NCBI RefSeq assembly: GCF_009914755.1 | Contig: NC_060945.1 | DNA length: 64,000 bases | Direction: 5' to 3' (one strand) | Origin: the human T2T-CHM13v2.0 reference genome, Homo sapiens | Part shown: piece by piece, positions 14,287 to 26,500 of the stretch | Position numbering within the stretch: position 1 is the first letter of the stretch | Layout: every line of letters begins with the position of its first letter | Program-made: the position numbers and the translations under genes | The notes under the pieces: model-generated | Told to the model about the DNA's origin: nothing | What the model saw: the letters and a program-made list of their open reading frames with translations, nothing else | Database searches by the model: none

Positions 14287-14478
14287 ACAGTATGTGTTTT
14301 AGGCTTTGCTGGCCAAATGGTCTCTGCCGCGACTACTCAGCTCTGCCATTGTGGCTGCAGAGTGACCATAGACCTTCTGAAAGTGAATGAGTATGACTGT
14401 GTTCCAATAAAACTTTATTGACAAAAACAGGTGGAGGGCCAGCCTAAGGGCCCAAGTTTGTAGGTCTCTATTCTAGAC
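14287..14478. mobile_element. MER58A-like hAT-Charlie DNA transposon relic
   Basis: Diagnostic ctactcagctctgccattgt and tgtgttccaataaaactttattgacaaaaacagg. Confidence 0.8.
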
Positions 14479-15224
14479 CAGTGATTCTCTGGAGAGGAAT
14501 GGGGCATGGGGAGTGGGGACAGTGTGTGGGAGAAGAGGTGGGACACAGGCACGTGGGAATGGTGCGGACATGGAGGACATTGGAGGTGGGGAAGAGCTAG
14601 AGAACCTAAACACTGACGCTGGACCCTGGTCAACACTAGGTCTCTCCACAGCCTCCTCTTTTAGCCTCTCCCTCCAGTTTCAAAATGACTCCTCCTCTGA
14701 GGGGACTCAGGCTCCCCACCCTGCTCCCCAGTTCCCACCAGAAACCCCAAGTGGGTGTTCCAGCCTCTGCCCCACAAGGCCCCCATGGAAGGCAGCACCG
14801 CCAGGCAGGGACCTTTCCTCGCTGCCCCTCCCTCTTCCAGTTCTGAGTCCTGTCCCGGAGATGACCTCTCAACCCAGAGGGACCTGACCAGAAAGGTCTG
14901 GCCCCCTCCACCCAGGAAGCCCCTGAAGGCTGGAGGGCAGCCCTCCCCCCTCCCTCCCCCTGTTAGTTTTTCTTTCTGATAGAAACAGCAGCAACCGCTA
15001 GGCACCTGCTAGGCAGGGGGCTGCACAGCCTCAGGTCAGTTCCTGAAAGGCACCTTTTTCCATTTGTAAATGAGGTGACAGGTCTGCCTCCCAGGGATGA
15101 GCAGATGAAGGGTTGGGAGTGCAGAGCCTGGGAACACGGAGTGGCAGTGGGGACTGGGGCCCAGAGGCTGCTGAGTGAGGGAAGGCTAGGGGCAGTGAAG
15201 CTGGTGAATGAGGCAGGGGCAGAA

Positions 15225-15440
15225 GACAGGGTGGGGGAACATGCCCAGCGAGGCTGGTGAATGTGGCACTGCAGGGGCAGGGTGGGGGACATGCCCAGCG
15301 GGGCTGGTGAATATGCCACCGCAGGGGCGGGGAGGGCAGAATATGCCCAGTGAGGCTGGTGAATGCGCCAGGGGCAGAGGGCGGGGAGGGGGAAGATGCC
15401 CAGCGAGGCTGGTGAATGTGGCACTGCAGGGGTGGGGTGG
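15225..15440. repeat. Degenerate ~50-53-bp G-rich minisatellite, ~4 units
   Basis: atgcccagcgaggctggtgaatgtggcactgcagggg variants near 15241, 15291, 15343, 15396. Confidence 0.85.
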
Positions 15441-16149
15441 GCGGATGCAATGATGAGCATTTCCTCCCTGGGGCCAGCAGAGCAGGGGTGAGGCTGAGTG
15501 GGTATATTACTCCGATTTGGGTGGGACCCCATGCAGTCACACGTGGGGGACGCAGGGCTGACAGCCTTGCATGACCCTTTCACACTTTAGCCATAGCAAT
15601 GCCAAGCCCAGAGAGGCTGCAAGGCCCTGGGGAGAACAGAGGCCCCGGAAGGGGTGGCCAGCTGGGCTTCACTGCAGTCCTCACCAGACAGGATTGAGAT
15701 TTTAACGTGTTAACTTGTTTTCTGTCTTTTCCAAATTGTTTATGGTAGCCATGCATTAATTTTATAATCAGAAAAGCATGTTATTATAACTCAAGTTAAA
15801 TGGCTCCAAAACAAAAGTACCCAGACCCCAGAGCCTGCCCCTCTCTAGCTGGAGAGAGGGACGAAGTATAAGGAAAAGGAACGGAAAGCTGAAAGGACCC
15901 CCGGGCTCTGGAACCCGACCCAAGGGTGATGCCGCCAGGGCTACCAGGAAGCGGCTCCGTGCTGGGCGCAGCCGGTCTCCTACCCACCCCAGCACACCTC
16001 AGCCCCCAGCCTCTTCCTCCCGCGCCTCCCCCGCCCTCACCACTTCCTCTCAATGGTCCCTGGGGATTACAGCACGATTATTTTTATTGCAAGAGTTTCC
16101 CAATGCGGGAACTCACAGCCCCAAAGAGTTTGCATCTGAGCTTCCTGTA

Positions 16150-17750
16150 GCATCCTGGGGCACGGACAGGCGGAACCGGGCCATCAGCCGTCCCTGCGCA
16201 CAGAGGCGCACAGATTGGATCCGGCCTCGCAGTCCCAGGAGCCAAGAGGGGAGGCACGCGTGCCGGTTCTCGGAAATTCATTATGGGAATGTGCGCGTTG
16301 TGGAGATGCTCAGACCGCGAACAGTACTGCGGGAACCCAAACGATCATTTTTAACCCCAGACGTCCCTGAACCAAAGCCAAAGTCTACAGGTCACTGGGG
16401 CAGAGGCCGCCCGAAACCAGCTGTCCCCTCCCGGCCTAGGCGCGCCAGGTCCCCGCCCAGCCGGGGCGATCCTTTGGTCGGACAGTGAGGTTGGGAGCCC
16501 ACCGCACCCAAGTGCCGCCGCATCCACCCGGCGCAGGCGACCCCCGACGGGCAGCCGCTCACCTTCTCCTGGCCCCGGGCTTCAGGAAAACTGCCTGGAG
16601 GTGGCCGGGGTCTCCCTAGCGGAGGCTGGGCGGCGGGCTTCGCGCCTGCCTCAGTCTCCCAATCCGTGGCCCGGGGGATGGAGCCCGCTGCGCGCAGAGG
16701 CTGCGGCAGGTCCCAGCCAGGTGCCCTGGAACGTGGCTCCTCCTTCCCTGAGGCGCTCCCCTGGGCACGAGGATGGGTCTCGAAGCAGGAGGAAGCCGCC
16801 TTCCCTCACCCGCTGTCCGGAGCTGCTCAGCCGGTGCGCGGAGCCTCCCCCGCCGCGGACACCACGATCCGACCCCCACCCTGACCCCGACCCAGACCCC
16901 CACCGCCCGACCCCGGCCGTATTCCGTTGCGTTTGCTCCCTGCCAGCTCCGGGGCCACCACTGAGCACGCGCTGTGAGTAGGCGCTTCCTGGAGCTTTTC
17001 CTGGGGGTCCTCAGAAAAACCCCTGCCGTCCCCATTATAGAGATGGGGAAACTGAGGCTCAGGAAGGCCAGAGCTTGCCCAAAACCTGCGGTCCGCGGCG
17101 GGCAGGGATTCCACGCTCCGAGCCTGGCCGCCTCCCTGGGGCGCGTGAAGGGAGCTTTCCTTCCCCGGGAAAGGCCGGGGCCAGAGACCCGCACTCGGAC
17201 CAGGCGGGGGCTGCGGGGCCAGAGTGGGCTGGGGAGGGCTGGGAGGGCGTCTGGGGCCGGCTCCTCCAGGCTGGGGGCCGCCAGCTCCGGGAAGGCAGTC
17301 CTGGCCTGCGGATGGGGCCGCGCGTGGGGCCCGGCGGGGCGGCCTCGGGAGGCGTCCAGGCTGCGGGAGCGGGAGGAGCGGCCGTGCGGGCGCCAGCGCC
17401 GTGGGTGGAGGTCGCCGTCCCTCCTGAGGGGCAGCCGGTGCGTTTGGGACCCGGGAGCAGAGCCCGCGCCTCCCCAGCGGCCTCCCCGGGGGTCTCACCG
17501 GGTCTCCCGAGAGCGGAGGCCCCGGCTCCGCAGAAACCCGGGGCGGCCGCGGGGAAGCAGCGCCCTCAGGCGTCGGAGGAGCCCCCAGAAGGACCTCGCG
17601 CCTCCCCGCCGGGCTCCGACCGCCTGGGTTCGGTGCGGGACGGCCCAGGCCGCCAGGACCCCCAAGCGCAGCTCAGTCTGCGGGGCACGACCCAGAGGCC
17701 AGCAGCAGAGGACGGGGCCGGGGCCGGGAGAGGGCGGGGAGGGCGCTCCT
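16150..17750. promoter_or_regulatory. CpG island between ITGB2/ITGB2-AS1 and the LINC01547 3' end
   Basis: Very high GC and CpG density with GC boxes (gggcgg); PU.1-type cacttcctc at 16041 on its flank. Confidence 0.85.
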
Positions 17751-19560
17751 GGGAGGTCAAGGCCAGGGCTAGGCTTTCAGGGTCATGGCCTGGCCCCTCA
17801 TCCCCAGGGAGGTGAGGGGGCTCTGTGAGCAGAGGGGCCCCGGTGGAGAAGGCGCTGCTAGCCAGGGGCGGGGCAGGAGCCCAGGTGGGGACTTAGGGGT
17901 GGCTGAAGGGACCCTCAGGCTGCAGGGATAGGGAGGGAAGCTAGGGGTGTGGCTTGGGCAGGTGCTGGGGGACCGCGGGCGCCCTTTATTCTGAAGCCGA
18001 ATGTGCTGCCGGAGTCCCCAGTGACCTAGAAATCCATTTCAAGATTTTCAGGAGTTTCAGGTGGAGACAAAGGCCAGGCCCAGGTGAAAATGTGGCAGTG
18101 ACAGAGTATGGGGTGAGAACCACGGAGAGAGGAAGTCCCCGAGGCAGATGATGGGACAGAGAGCGGGGACCAGAATTTTTTAAAACGCATCTGAGATGCG
18201 TTTGGCAGACTCATAGTTGTTTTCCTTTCACGGAGAAAGTGTGGGCAGAAGCCAGCTCTAAAGCCCAGGCTGCCCAGCCTGCACTGGCAGAGCTGACGGA
18301 AGGCCAGGGCAGAGCCTTCCCTCCCTGTCACAGACATGAGCCCTGGAGATCTGGAATGAGGCAGATGTGCCCAGGGAAAGCTGATCCGCCCCGACCCAGG
18401 GCCCCCCGGGTGCCCCTTTGAGCGTGGAATCGTTGCCAGGTCATGGCTCCCTGCTATCGAACACCGGACATGGGTCGTGTGCTGCACCTGGCAGTTGCAG
18501 GACCGACACCCGCAATGCCTTAAGAGGTGATGACTGCCTTCCAGGGGCCTGGCTGGCTGACACTTTGCATGGCTCCTGGAGAAGAGGGATTGAGTGGAGT
18601 CCACGGGTCATGGCCACGTCCTGGGTGCTGCCTCTGAGGCAGGGCCCGGCTGGGGTGAGAAGGGGCTGGAGACAGGTTCCTGCCAGTTCAGCCTCTAACC
18701 GGTGGTCTTCATGCCTAGGAACCCACTGGGGGCTTATGAAACTGCAGGTGGCTGAGTCCTTGCCATGGGGTCTCTCCTTCAGCAGGTCTGGGTGGGGCCG
18801 GAGACTGTACCCCACAAAAGGTCCCAGGTGAGGCGGATGTGGCCTGGCGCTGTGTGGCTCTGGACCTAGTCCTTGGGCTTGGGCTGGCGCCCAGGGCCTG
18901 GGCTTGAGACAGCTGTGACGCAGGCAAGCCATTTACCCCGTTTGTGGGGACATTACATCTTCCTAGCTTGGAACACACAGGCAGCCAGGGTTGTTATCCA
19001 CATTCCTCCTCCATGTTCTTCTCTTGAGAACTTTTACCAGGTATGTCAGGAGCTGGGCTCCACCAGGGAGACTCAAGTGGAAAGCCCTCATCCTTGTCCT
19101 CCAGGAGACAGGAAAACCTATGGTTACAATTCCAGGGACAAGAGCGATGCATGTGAGGTGTGGCAAATCTCACTGTTCAACTGGAGAAATCAGAGACAGC
19201 TTCCTGGAGGCAGTGACACCTGGACAGGCTTCTCCACAGGAGGAAGCGAGTGAGAGAAGCCAACTGGGATGGACCCATCATGTAGGGGGAACAGTGCGCG
19301 CAGAACCAACAACCACCCCCACCCTAGGCCCAGAGCTCACGGAGAGAGCTGGGCCTCTCGGGGTGACTACATAGTTCCCTGCTGGATCTTAGGTCTTGTC
19401 CTTGGGCAGCTCTGCTGAGACCTCTATGCCTGTTCCAGGCTGCACCAAGGTTTTGTGACTATTGACCCTTGACTTTGAGTTGGGAGTTGCTGTATTTTTA
19501 CTAAGGGATGGAGAGACACAGCCCCCAACCCCCAGGGAGCTGGGCTGGCTCTCCTATGGC

Positions 19561-19845
19561 TCAGCCCATAGCTCCAGCCCCAGGGATGTCCAGAGGATCA
19601 GAAAACTCCCTCCCTCCTTTAAAGCAGCTACTGGCAGAGTCCGTGGAGCTCTTGGGGGCTGGGAGACAGGCAGGAAACCCACCTGGCAGGCAGGCAGGAG
19701 CCCATGGGGGAGGGTTGATCTTTGATCTTCCTCTGATGGCCCAACGGGAACTGTGAGCACCCAGCCGCTCACTGGGACATCTCGGTGCAGGGAAAGGGCT
19801 GAAGCTGGCGCAGCCACGGCAGCATCCCCTCTCGTGGCAGTGCTC
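19561..19845 (-). CDS. LINC01547: C21orf67 putative ORF, last part (EHCHERGCC...GAGAMG*); translation unproven
   Basis: Acceptor gtctctgtttcag|GAG; 285 nt open to TGA at 19563-19561. Confidence 0.45.
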   Translation of the reverse strand, partial: EHCHERGCCRGCASFSPFPAPRCPSERLGAHSSRWAIRGRSKINPPPWAPACLPGGFPACLPAPKSSTDSASSCFKGGREFSDPLDIPGAGAMG

Positions 19846-20375
19846 CTGAAACAGAGACGTGGTCTGGGCAGCATGCTGAAAGGCATTTCTGAATGAAGCC
19901 TCCTACTGACCTAGAGCCAGCACACACCACTCCAGGGGCAGAGAGGAGAGAGCAGGAGCAGGAGACAGTCCAGGGCAGAGGCAGGCTCTGAGTCCATGGA
20001 GACCCTCCCTGGGGCACCCCCTGCATCTGCAGGGGTCCAAGCCTAGCACTGGCTCTGCAAGGATTCAGCCACTCATACTGTGCCCCCCCAGCATGGGGCA
20101 TCTGTGGGTCTCCCTGAAGGTGGGCACCTGGGCAGCCTTCCTGAGGGGTCAGAGCATCCTTGCAGGCATCAGTGATTCCCTCTGTCCCTTTCACCACTGG
20201 CCATGGCTGGAGCAGAGCAGCACCGCATGGTTTGGCTCTGGACAGCTGTGAGGCCCCATGAGGCCCAGCATGTCTGCAGGGGCCTCTCCTAGCCCCCTCT
20301 CTGCATTCTGAGGCTTCACTTGTTGAACAGAAAGAGGTAGCAGAATCCCAAATAAGAGTGCAACATGTCACCTAC

Positions 20376-20984
<609 letters not shown>

Positions 20985-21449
20985 AGGCCTGAGCTTTTTA
21001 TATACACCAACTGCCAAACATTCCACGTGAATTTCCTGAAACTTCTCTTTGGAAAGCTTCTGTTTGTATGTATAAGGCAATGTGCATGCCAGCATGTCAG
21101 TTACAGCAGGAGAGAGGGAACAAGCCATGTGGGAACTGATGGAGCCATGTCACATCCAGTGTCCTCTGCAGCCGCTATGGAGTGCCAGGAGGAATGAGGG
21201 GCAAATGGTAAGATCTTTATGACGTGAGAGAAGCCAGGTGCGGAGCAGGGAACAGTCAGGTTTAATTGGTGTGAAGAACAGGATCACTGAAAAATATTTT
21301 CTCATAGATAAAACTCTTTTTGTATAAAAGTCTACAGAATTGCGATAGGAAACCCATAATCATGGTTTCAAGTGGGCAGAGAACTAGGCTCTGGCGTCAG
21401 GGGAGGAAGGGGAACTGTTCACTGTCAACACCTTTTAGGACGTTTCCAT

Positions 21450-21935
21450 TGGGATCGAAGGGTGGCTCACTCTGCCACTTTGACATAAGAATCACTTCTA
21501 CCTAAGGCACTTGAAAAATGGCACAGGCAAGAGCATCATCGGATCTCTCCTTTTCTTCCTGAAGACAGGAGATAAAAACGCTCAGGTGAAAGATGCCTTC
21601 CCTGTACCGGGCGAAGAAAGATTCCTCTACAGGGAAGCACGTCATAGCCAACAGAATTCTGTACAGACATTAAAGTAATTAAAGTAATTCCTGTCGTTCT
21701 TAAGCCTCCCCACACGGTTTACTTTTCCACAACTGCCTCTTTGTTCAGCCTCCTGCAAAAGCACATAGGTTTCGTCACTTCTTTGGGTCTTTGCTTCCTT
21801 AGGAGGGTCCTGTGTGACATCAAAGTGACATTAAATTTGTATACATTTCTCCTGTTAATCCATCTGATTTCAACTTAGTTCCCAGGCCCAGCCAGGAACC
21901 TAAGAGGAGGGAGGTGGATATTTGCCTCCCCTACA
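21450..21935 (+). mobile_element. ERV1 solo LTR, MER34/MER39-like
   Basis: 3' end ttctcctgttaatc...cccagccaggaacctaagagg...ttgcctcccctaca typical of the MER34 group; subfamily uncertain. Confidence 0.65.
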
Positions 21936-21975
21936 GTATCGTGTACGTATATGACTTTTTAAAAAAGAAAATCTG

Positions 21976-22262
21976 GGGCCACATGGCAGTGGCTCACGCC
22001 TGTCATCTCAGCATTTTGGGAGGCTGAAGTGGGACGACTGCTTGAGCCGAGTTCAAGATCAGCCTGGGCAACATAGGGAGATTGTGTCTCTGCAAAAAAA
22101 AAAACCCAAAAAATTAGCCAGGTGTGGTGGCACATGCCTGTGTTCCCAGCTATTCAGGAGGCTAAGATGGGAGGATCACTTGAGCCCAGGAGGTCACCAT
22201 TACAATGAGCTATGATTGCACCACTGTTCCAACTTGGGCAACAGAGTGAGACCCTGTCTCTT
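21976..22262 (+). mobile_element. AluJ element
   Basis: Diverged Alu consensus with ggaggatcacttgagcccaggagg. Confidence 0.92.
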
Positions 22263-22287
22263 AATTTTTTTTTAATTAATTAGTTAC

Positions 22288-22353
22288 CTGATTAACACAG
22301 TTCCTTATTGGTGAGGGATTCTCTACTGTGGTCCTTCTGCAGTCCCACCCCAT
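22288..22353 (-). CDS. LINC01547: C21orf67 putative ORF, first part ([22 protein letters not shown]); translation unproven
   Basis: ATG at 22353-22351; donor CAG|gtaact; 22+88+94 = 204 codons after splicing. Confidence 0.45.
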
Positions 22354-22409
22354 ACATGAATGGCTTCTTTTGAAGCTTCCTCCTTTGTACAGGTGAGTAT
22401 CTTTGTCAC

Positions 22410-22796
22410 TGTCTTACTCTGTTTTGTGCTGCTATAACAGAATACCACAGACTAGGTAATTTATATAATGAACTGAAATTTACTGGCTCATGGTTCTGGA
22501 GACTGGGAAGTCCAAGACAGAAGAGCTAGCAACTGGCAAGGGCCTTCTTGCTGTGTCATCCCATGGTGGAACAGCAAAGAGAGGGCAAGAGTGTGCCAAA
22601 AGGGGGGCAAACTAGTCCTTTTATGAAAAATACTTTGATAACAAACCCACTCCCATGATAACAACATTAACCCTTTCCTGACGGTAGAGTCCTTGTGGCC
22701 TAATCACCTCTTAAAGGTGCCACATCTTAATACTAGTATGATGGCAATTACATTTCAACATGGGTTTCAGAGGGGACCAACATTCAAACCATAGCA
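22410..22796 (-). mobile_element. MaLR solo LTR (MST family)
   Basis: Minus strand starts tgctatggtttgaatg and ends gttatagcagcacaaaacagagtaagaca; near-TSD gtcac/gtctc. Confidence 0.88.
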
Positions 22797-22851
22797 GTCT
22801 CAAACACTGGGCTGGCAGTGGAAGAGGAGGCTGATCTTTAAAGAATATAAA

Positions 22852-23144
<293 letters not shown>

Positions 23145-23278
23145 AGAATATGTTCTTTAAAAACAGGCACAATTCCATGAAGTAAACTCACATTGGAATG
23201 GTTAACAGGTAAAGTGATCCAGCTGGCTGAAACAATAGGCATTCACCGGCATCCAAAGTACATAAAGATGAGCACTTT

Positions 23279-23340
23279 GAGACTGCGCCACTGCACTCCA
23301 GCCTGGGCGACAGAGTGAGACTCTCTCACCAAAAAAAAAA
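23279..23340 (+). mobile_element. Severely 5'-truncated Alu insertion (~60 bp) with TSD
   Basis: Alu 3' end plus A10, flanked by atgagcacttt at 23268-23278 and 23342-23352. Confidence 0.9.
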
Positions 23341-24167
23341 CATGAGCACTTTCACCTCAAGAGTCGCTAGGCTCAGATGCTGAATGCACCCTGAAGGAAC
23401 TCTAAAGATACCAGCCTCTGGAGTTTTCACAGCCAACAGCATTCCTAGGTAGACTGGTTGAGAACACGGCTAGTTGGAGGGTAAAAAGAATGACTTGTGA
23501 ATGCTCACTAGGTCTTTGAATATGTAAGTAGACACGACTTCAAGCCAGTTGCTCAGCCTTGAATATATCCTAGAGTCCATCACCTTGGGCTGTGAGTGGC
23601 TTGTGCGGTCATCTGTCCATCTCTCAGCTGGGCGAGAAACTTGATGTCCTTTCTGAGAGGTGGCCCTGGCTCTGCCTGGGACCTGCTACTCTTCTCCAAA
23701 GTGCATTTTTTGTGGGTGGGTTTTCACTGTGGGTCCTGGGCAGGTGAGTGCTGGTGCCCAGTGTTGGGGAGCAGGGTAGATAGAGGTGTGGCTGCTACCT
23801 GGCTGGGCCCGGACTTGGCAGCCTTCCTTCATGGCCCTCAGCCACAGCCTGTTCCATAGTTTGTTCTCGATGTGTCAGCTTTGTGTTCCCATGAGAACAA
23901 TGGGCTCCTTGAGGACAGGCATTGCATCGTACCTGTGGTCTCTTCCCTAACGCCCCCCAGTACGCCCAGCATAGACAGCACAGGGTGCAAGCAGTCAGAT
24001 GAGCAGGGCTCCCGTTCCCAGCACGGGACCCAGCCCGTTACCTCGCTGCTATGTTTCCCACGTAAACGGAGCAATACCCAATTCTAAAGAACTGTTCTGA
24101 GGACTAAATGGAATAGTGTAAAAAATAAATTGACATGAAGTGAAGGTCAATTAAAATGCACTAGCTT

Positions 24168-24456
24168 GGCCAGGCGCAGTGTGGCTCATGCCTGTAATCC
24201 CAGCGCTTTGGGAGGCCGAGGAGGGAGGATCGCTGGAGCCCAGGAGTTTAAGACCAGCCAGACAACACAGCAAGATCCCGGCTCTAGCAAAACATTAATA
24301 AAAATTAGCCGGGCGTGGCGGTGCCCACCGGTGGTCCCACCTTCTCGAGAGGCTGAGGCGGGAGGATCGCTCGAGTCCTGGACGTCGAGGCTGCAATGAG
24401 CCGATTTCGCGCCATTGCGCTCCAGCCTGGGCGACAGCGCGAGACTCCTTCTCAAA
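24168..24456 (+). mobile_element. AluJ element, CpG-rich, at the edge of the CpG island
   Basis: J-type ggaggatcgct..gagccc; many intact CpGs. Confidence 0.92.
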
Positions 24457-24459
24457 TAT

Positions 24460-25230
24460 AGAATTTTAAAAAGGCCATCTCGACTGCCGCGGGGGTCGCG
24501 TCCTCTCCATCCCCGACCTTGGACGCAACCCCGGGCTTGGGTCCCCCACGATCTAGACAGAAACTCGTTGTTTCTCGTGCTCCGCGCCACCCGCGTCCTC
24601 CGGTCTGTTTCTCCCAGGTGCGTCGGTGAAAGGCGGAGCGCCGCCACCCTACACCCGCGACCCTGCGCCCGCCCGAGCCGCTTCCGGGTACTTCCGGCGG
24701 CCGCGGGGCTCCCGGCAGCCGCGGCTCCTGTTTCCGCCGGGCGGCGAGAACGCAGGACCAGCTTCCGGGAGGCGCTCCGCACGTTTGCCGTGCTCCGCCG
24801 GGAAGATGGGGAAAGTGAGGGGGTTGCGCGCCCGAGTGCACCAGGCTGCCGTGAGGCCGAAAGGGGAGGCCGCCCCCGGCCCCGCGCCCCCTGCCCCGGA
24901 GGCGACCCCTCCGCCGGCCTCGGCCGCGGGGAAGGTGAGCTGGGGAGGCGCTGGCCGGGGGCTGCCGCGTGGGTCCGAGGGCGGGTGAGCTGCGGGGCGC
25001 CGCCTCCGGGAGGGTTCCGCGACCCCGGCCTTCCCTCGGGCTCTGCGGGCATTTGCTGCGCTACAGACGCGACCTTCTTGCTTCGCGAAGCGTCGTAAAC
25101 TCCGAGGCTCCGCTCTGCGCTGCCGTCCTGGGCACACGGACTCGCGCCGCTCCCGGGGAGGGGAGAGAGCCAGGAACCTCCCGCTGCGGTCCAGGGTTGC
25201 CACGCGGACCCCAGAGGTTCCTGAATCGCA
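24460..25230. promoter_or_regulatory. CpG-island bidirectional promoter SLX9 / LINC01547 with GABP/ETS sites
   Basis: CTTCCGG at 24681, 24691 and 24762; dense CpG; surrounds SLX9 exon 1. Confidence 0.88.
24806..24934 (+). CDS. SLX9: SLX9/FAM207A ribosome biogenesis factor, coding exon 1 (MGKVRGLRARVH...SAAGK)
   Basis: aagATGG strong Kozak; donor AAG|gtgagc; 129 nt; protein recognised. Confidence 0.96.
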
Positions 25231-25399
25231 CTGAGCTCCCCGGAAAGGAAAGGACGTTCCCAGAGTTAGAGAAGAACGGAGAGCAAACTGAAGAGAGACC
25301 CCGTTCCCTTTAGCAGTCAGCTGGCCTGTTTCTCCATCCCCCTCAGCCCTAAGCAAGCACGAATCTACCTTTTGTCTTTATTCTAGACACTGCATGTGA

Positions 25400-26500
25400 G
25401 TGGAATTATTGCTTTCAGGATTTTTTTTTTTTTTTTTGGCTTTTGCCTTAAATATTTTGACCGATGTGTCTTGGTGTAGGTATCTGCATTTATTTTGCGT
25501 GTTCACTGAGCTTCTTGCGTGTGTAGGTTAATGTTTTTCGTTACATTGGCAAGTCTTCAGCCATTATTTCCTTGAATATTTTTTTCTGCCCCTTTCTGTC
25601 ACTCCTCTCTTTCGGATACTTCCATTATAAATATGTACGTCGTGCTTAATGGTGTCCCACAGTGCTCTGAGGCGCTGTTCACTCAGTTTTTCTCTTTTCT
25701 TCAGATGGCATAATCTATCTTAATTCAAGTTTACTGATGTTCTGCCAGCCCAGAGGTGCTTTTGAACCTTTCCAGTGAAATTTTCATTTTTTTTGACTCC
25801 AGAATTTATTTACTTTCTTTCTCTTCTCCTGTTCCTCCTCATTTTAAAAAATACTCTTTACTGATGTTTTCTGTTTGATGTGAGAATGTCATTATACCTT
25901 CGTTTAGTTCTTTAGACACGGTCTCTTTTAGTCCTTAGAAATATTTGTAATGCCTACTCTGAATTCTTTACATGTGGGCTGCTCAAAGCAGTTTCTGTTG
26001 CCTGGCTCATGCTGGCAGGTAGGAGCAGGTGGGCCTTCTTTGAATGTATCACTTTTTGTGGAAAATTGGGCATTTTGGATAGTCCTGTAGCAACCAGGGA
26101 TTAGTATCTGCTTGATTACTTTGTTTATTGATCTGGAACTGAACTATGTGACCTCTCTCCTTGTCCCCTTCTGGCTGTGTGCAGCCTCTGATGTGCCCCC
26201 TTGGTTTTTTTTTTTTCTTCCTGTTTTTCTCTTTTAGCCTGGCTAGTTGGATCTGCTTAAGCTCCTCACTGGTCAGCAATTGTTCTTAAAGCCTCCTTGG
26301 CCAGGGGGTTTTTGCCTTTTACCACTGGATACCTCTGGCTTGGAGGTGGCTGTCAGATTCAGCGTGTTCACATTTTTGACCTTCATTTCTGCCCTCAGAG
26401 GCACAGCCAAGGACTAGTAGCTTACAGAGTCCCTCTGCTCACTCCTGGTAGGGTGCGTCCTTGAACATGCGCACAGCCTCCAGACTGCCAGGGATGCGAC
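25400..26500 (-). mobile_element. Old L1M fragment(s)
   Basis: T-rich with L1M motifs such as ttcagccattatttccttgaatatttttt and ttccagtgaaattttcattt; boundaries approximate. Confidence 0.65.

Noticed and set aside
16616-17828. Several 190-280-aa Arg/Gly/Pro-rich ORFs on both strands
   Set aside because: Expected stop-codon scarcity in a CpG island
24626-24988. 120-aa ORF suggesting an N-terminal extension of SLX9
   Set aside because: Starts at GTG upstream of the ETS promoter sites; the strong-Kozak ATG at 24806 gives the recognised N-terminus
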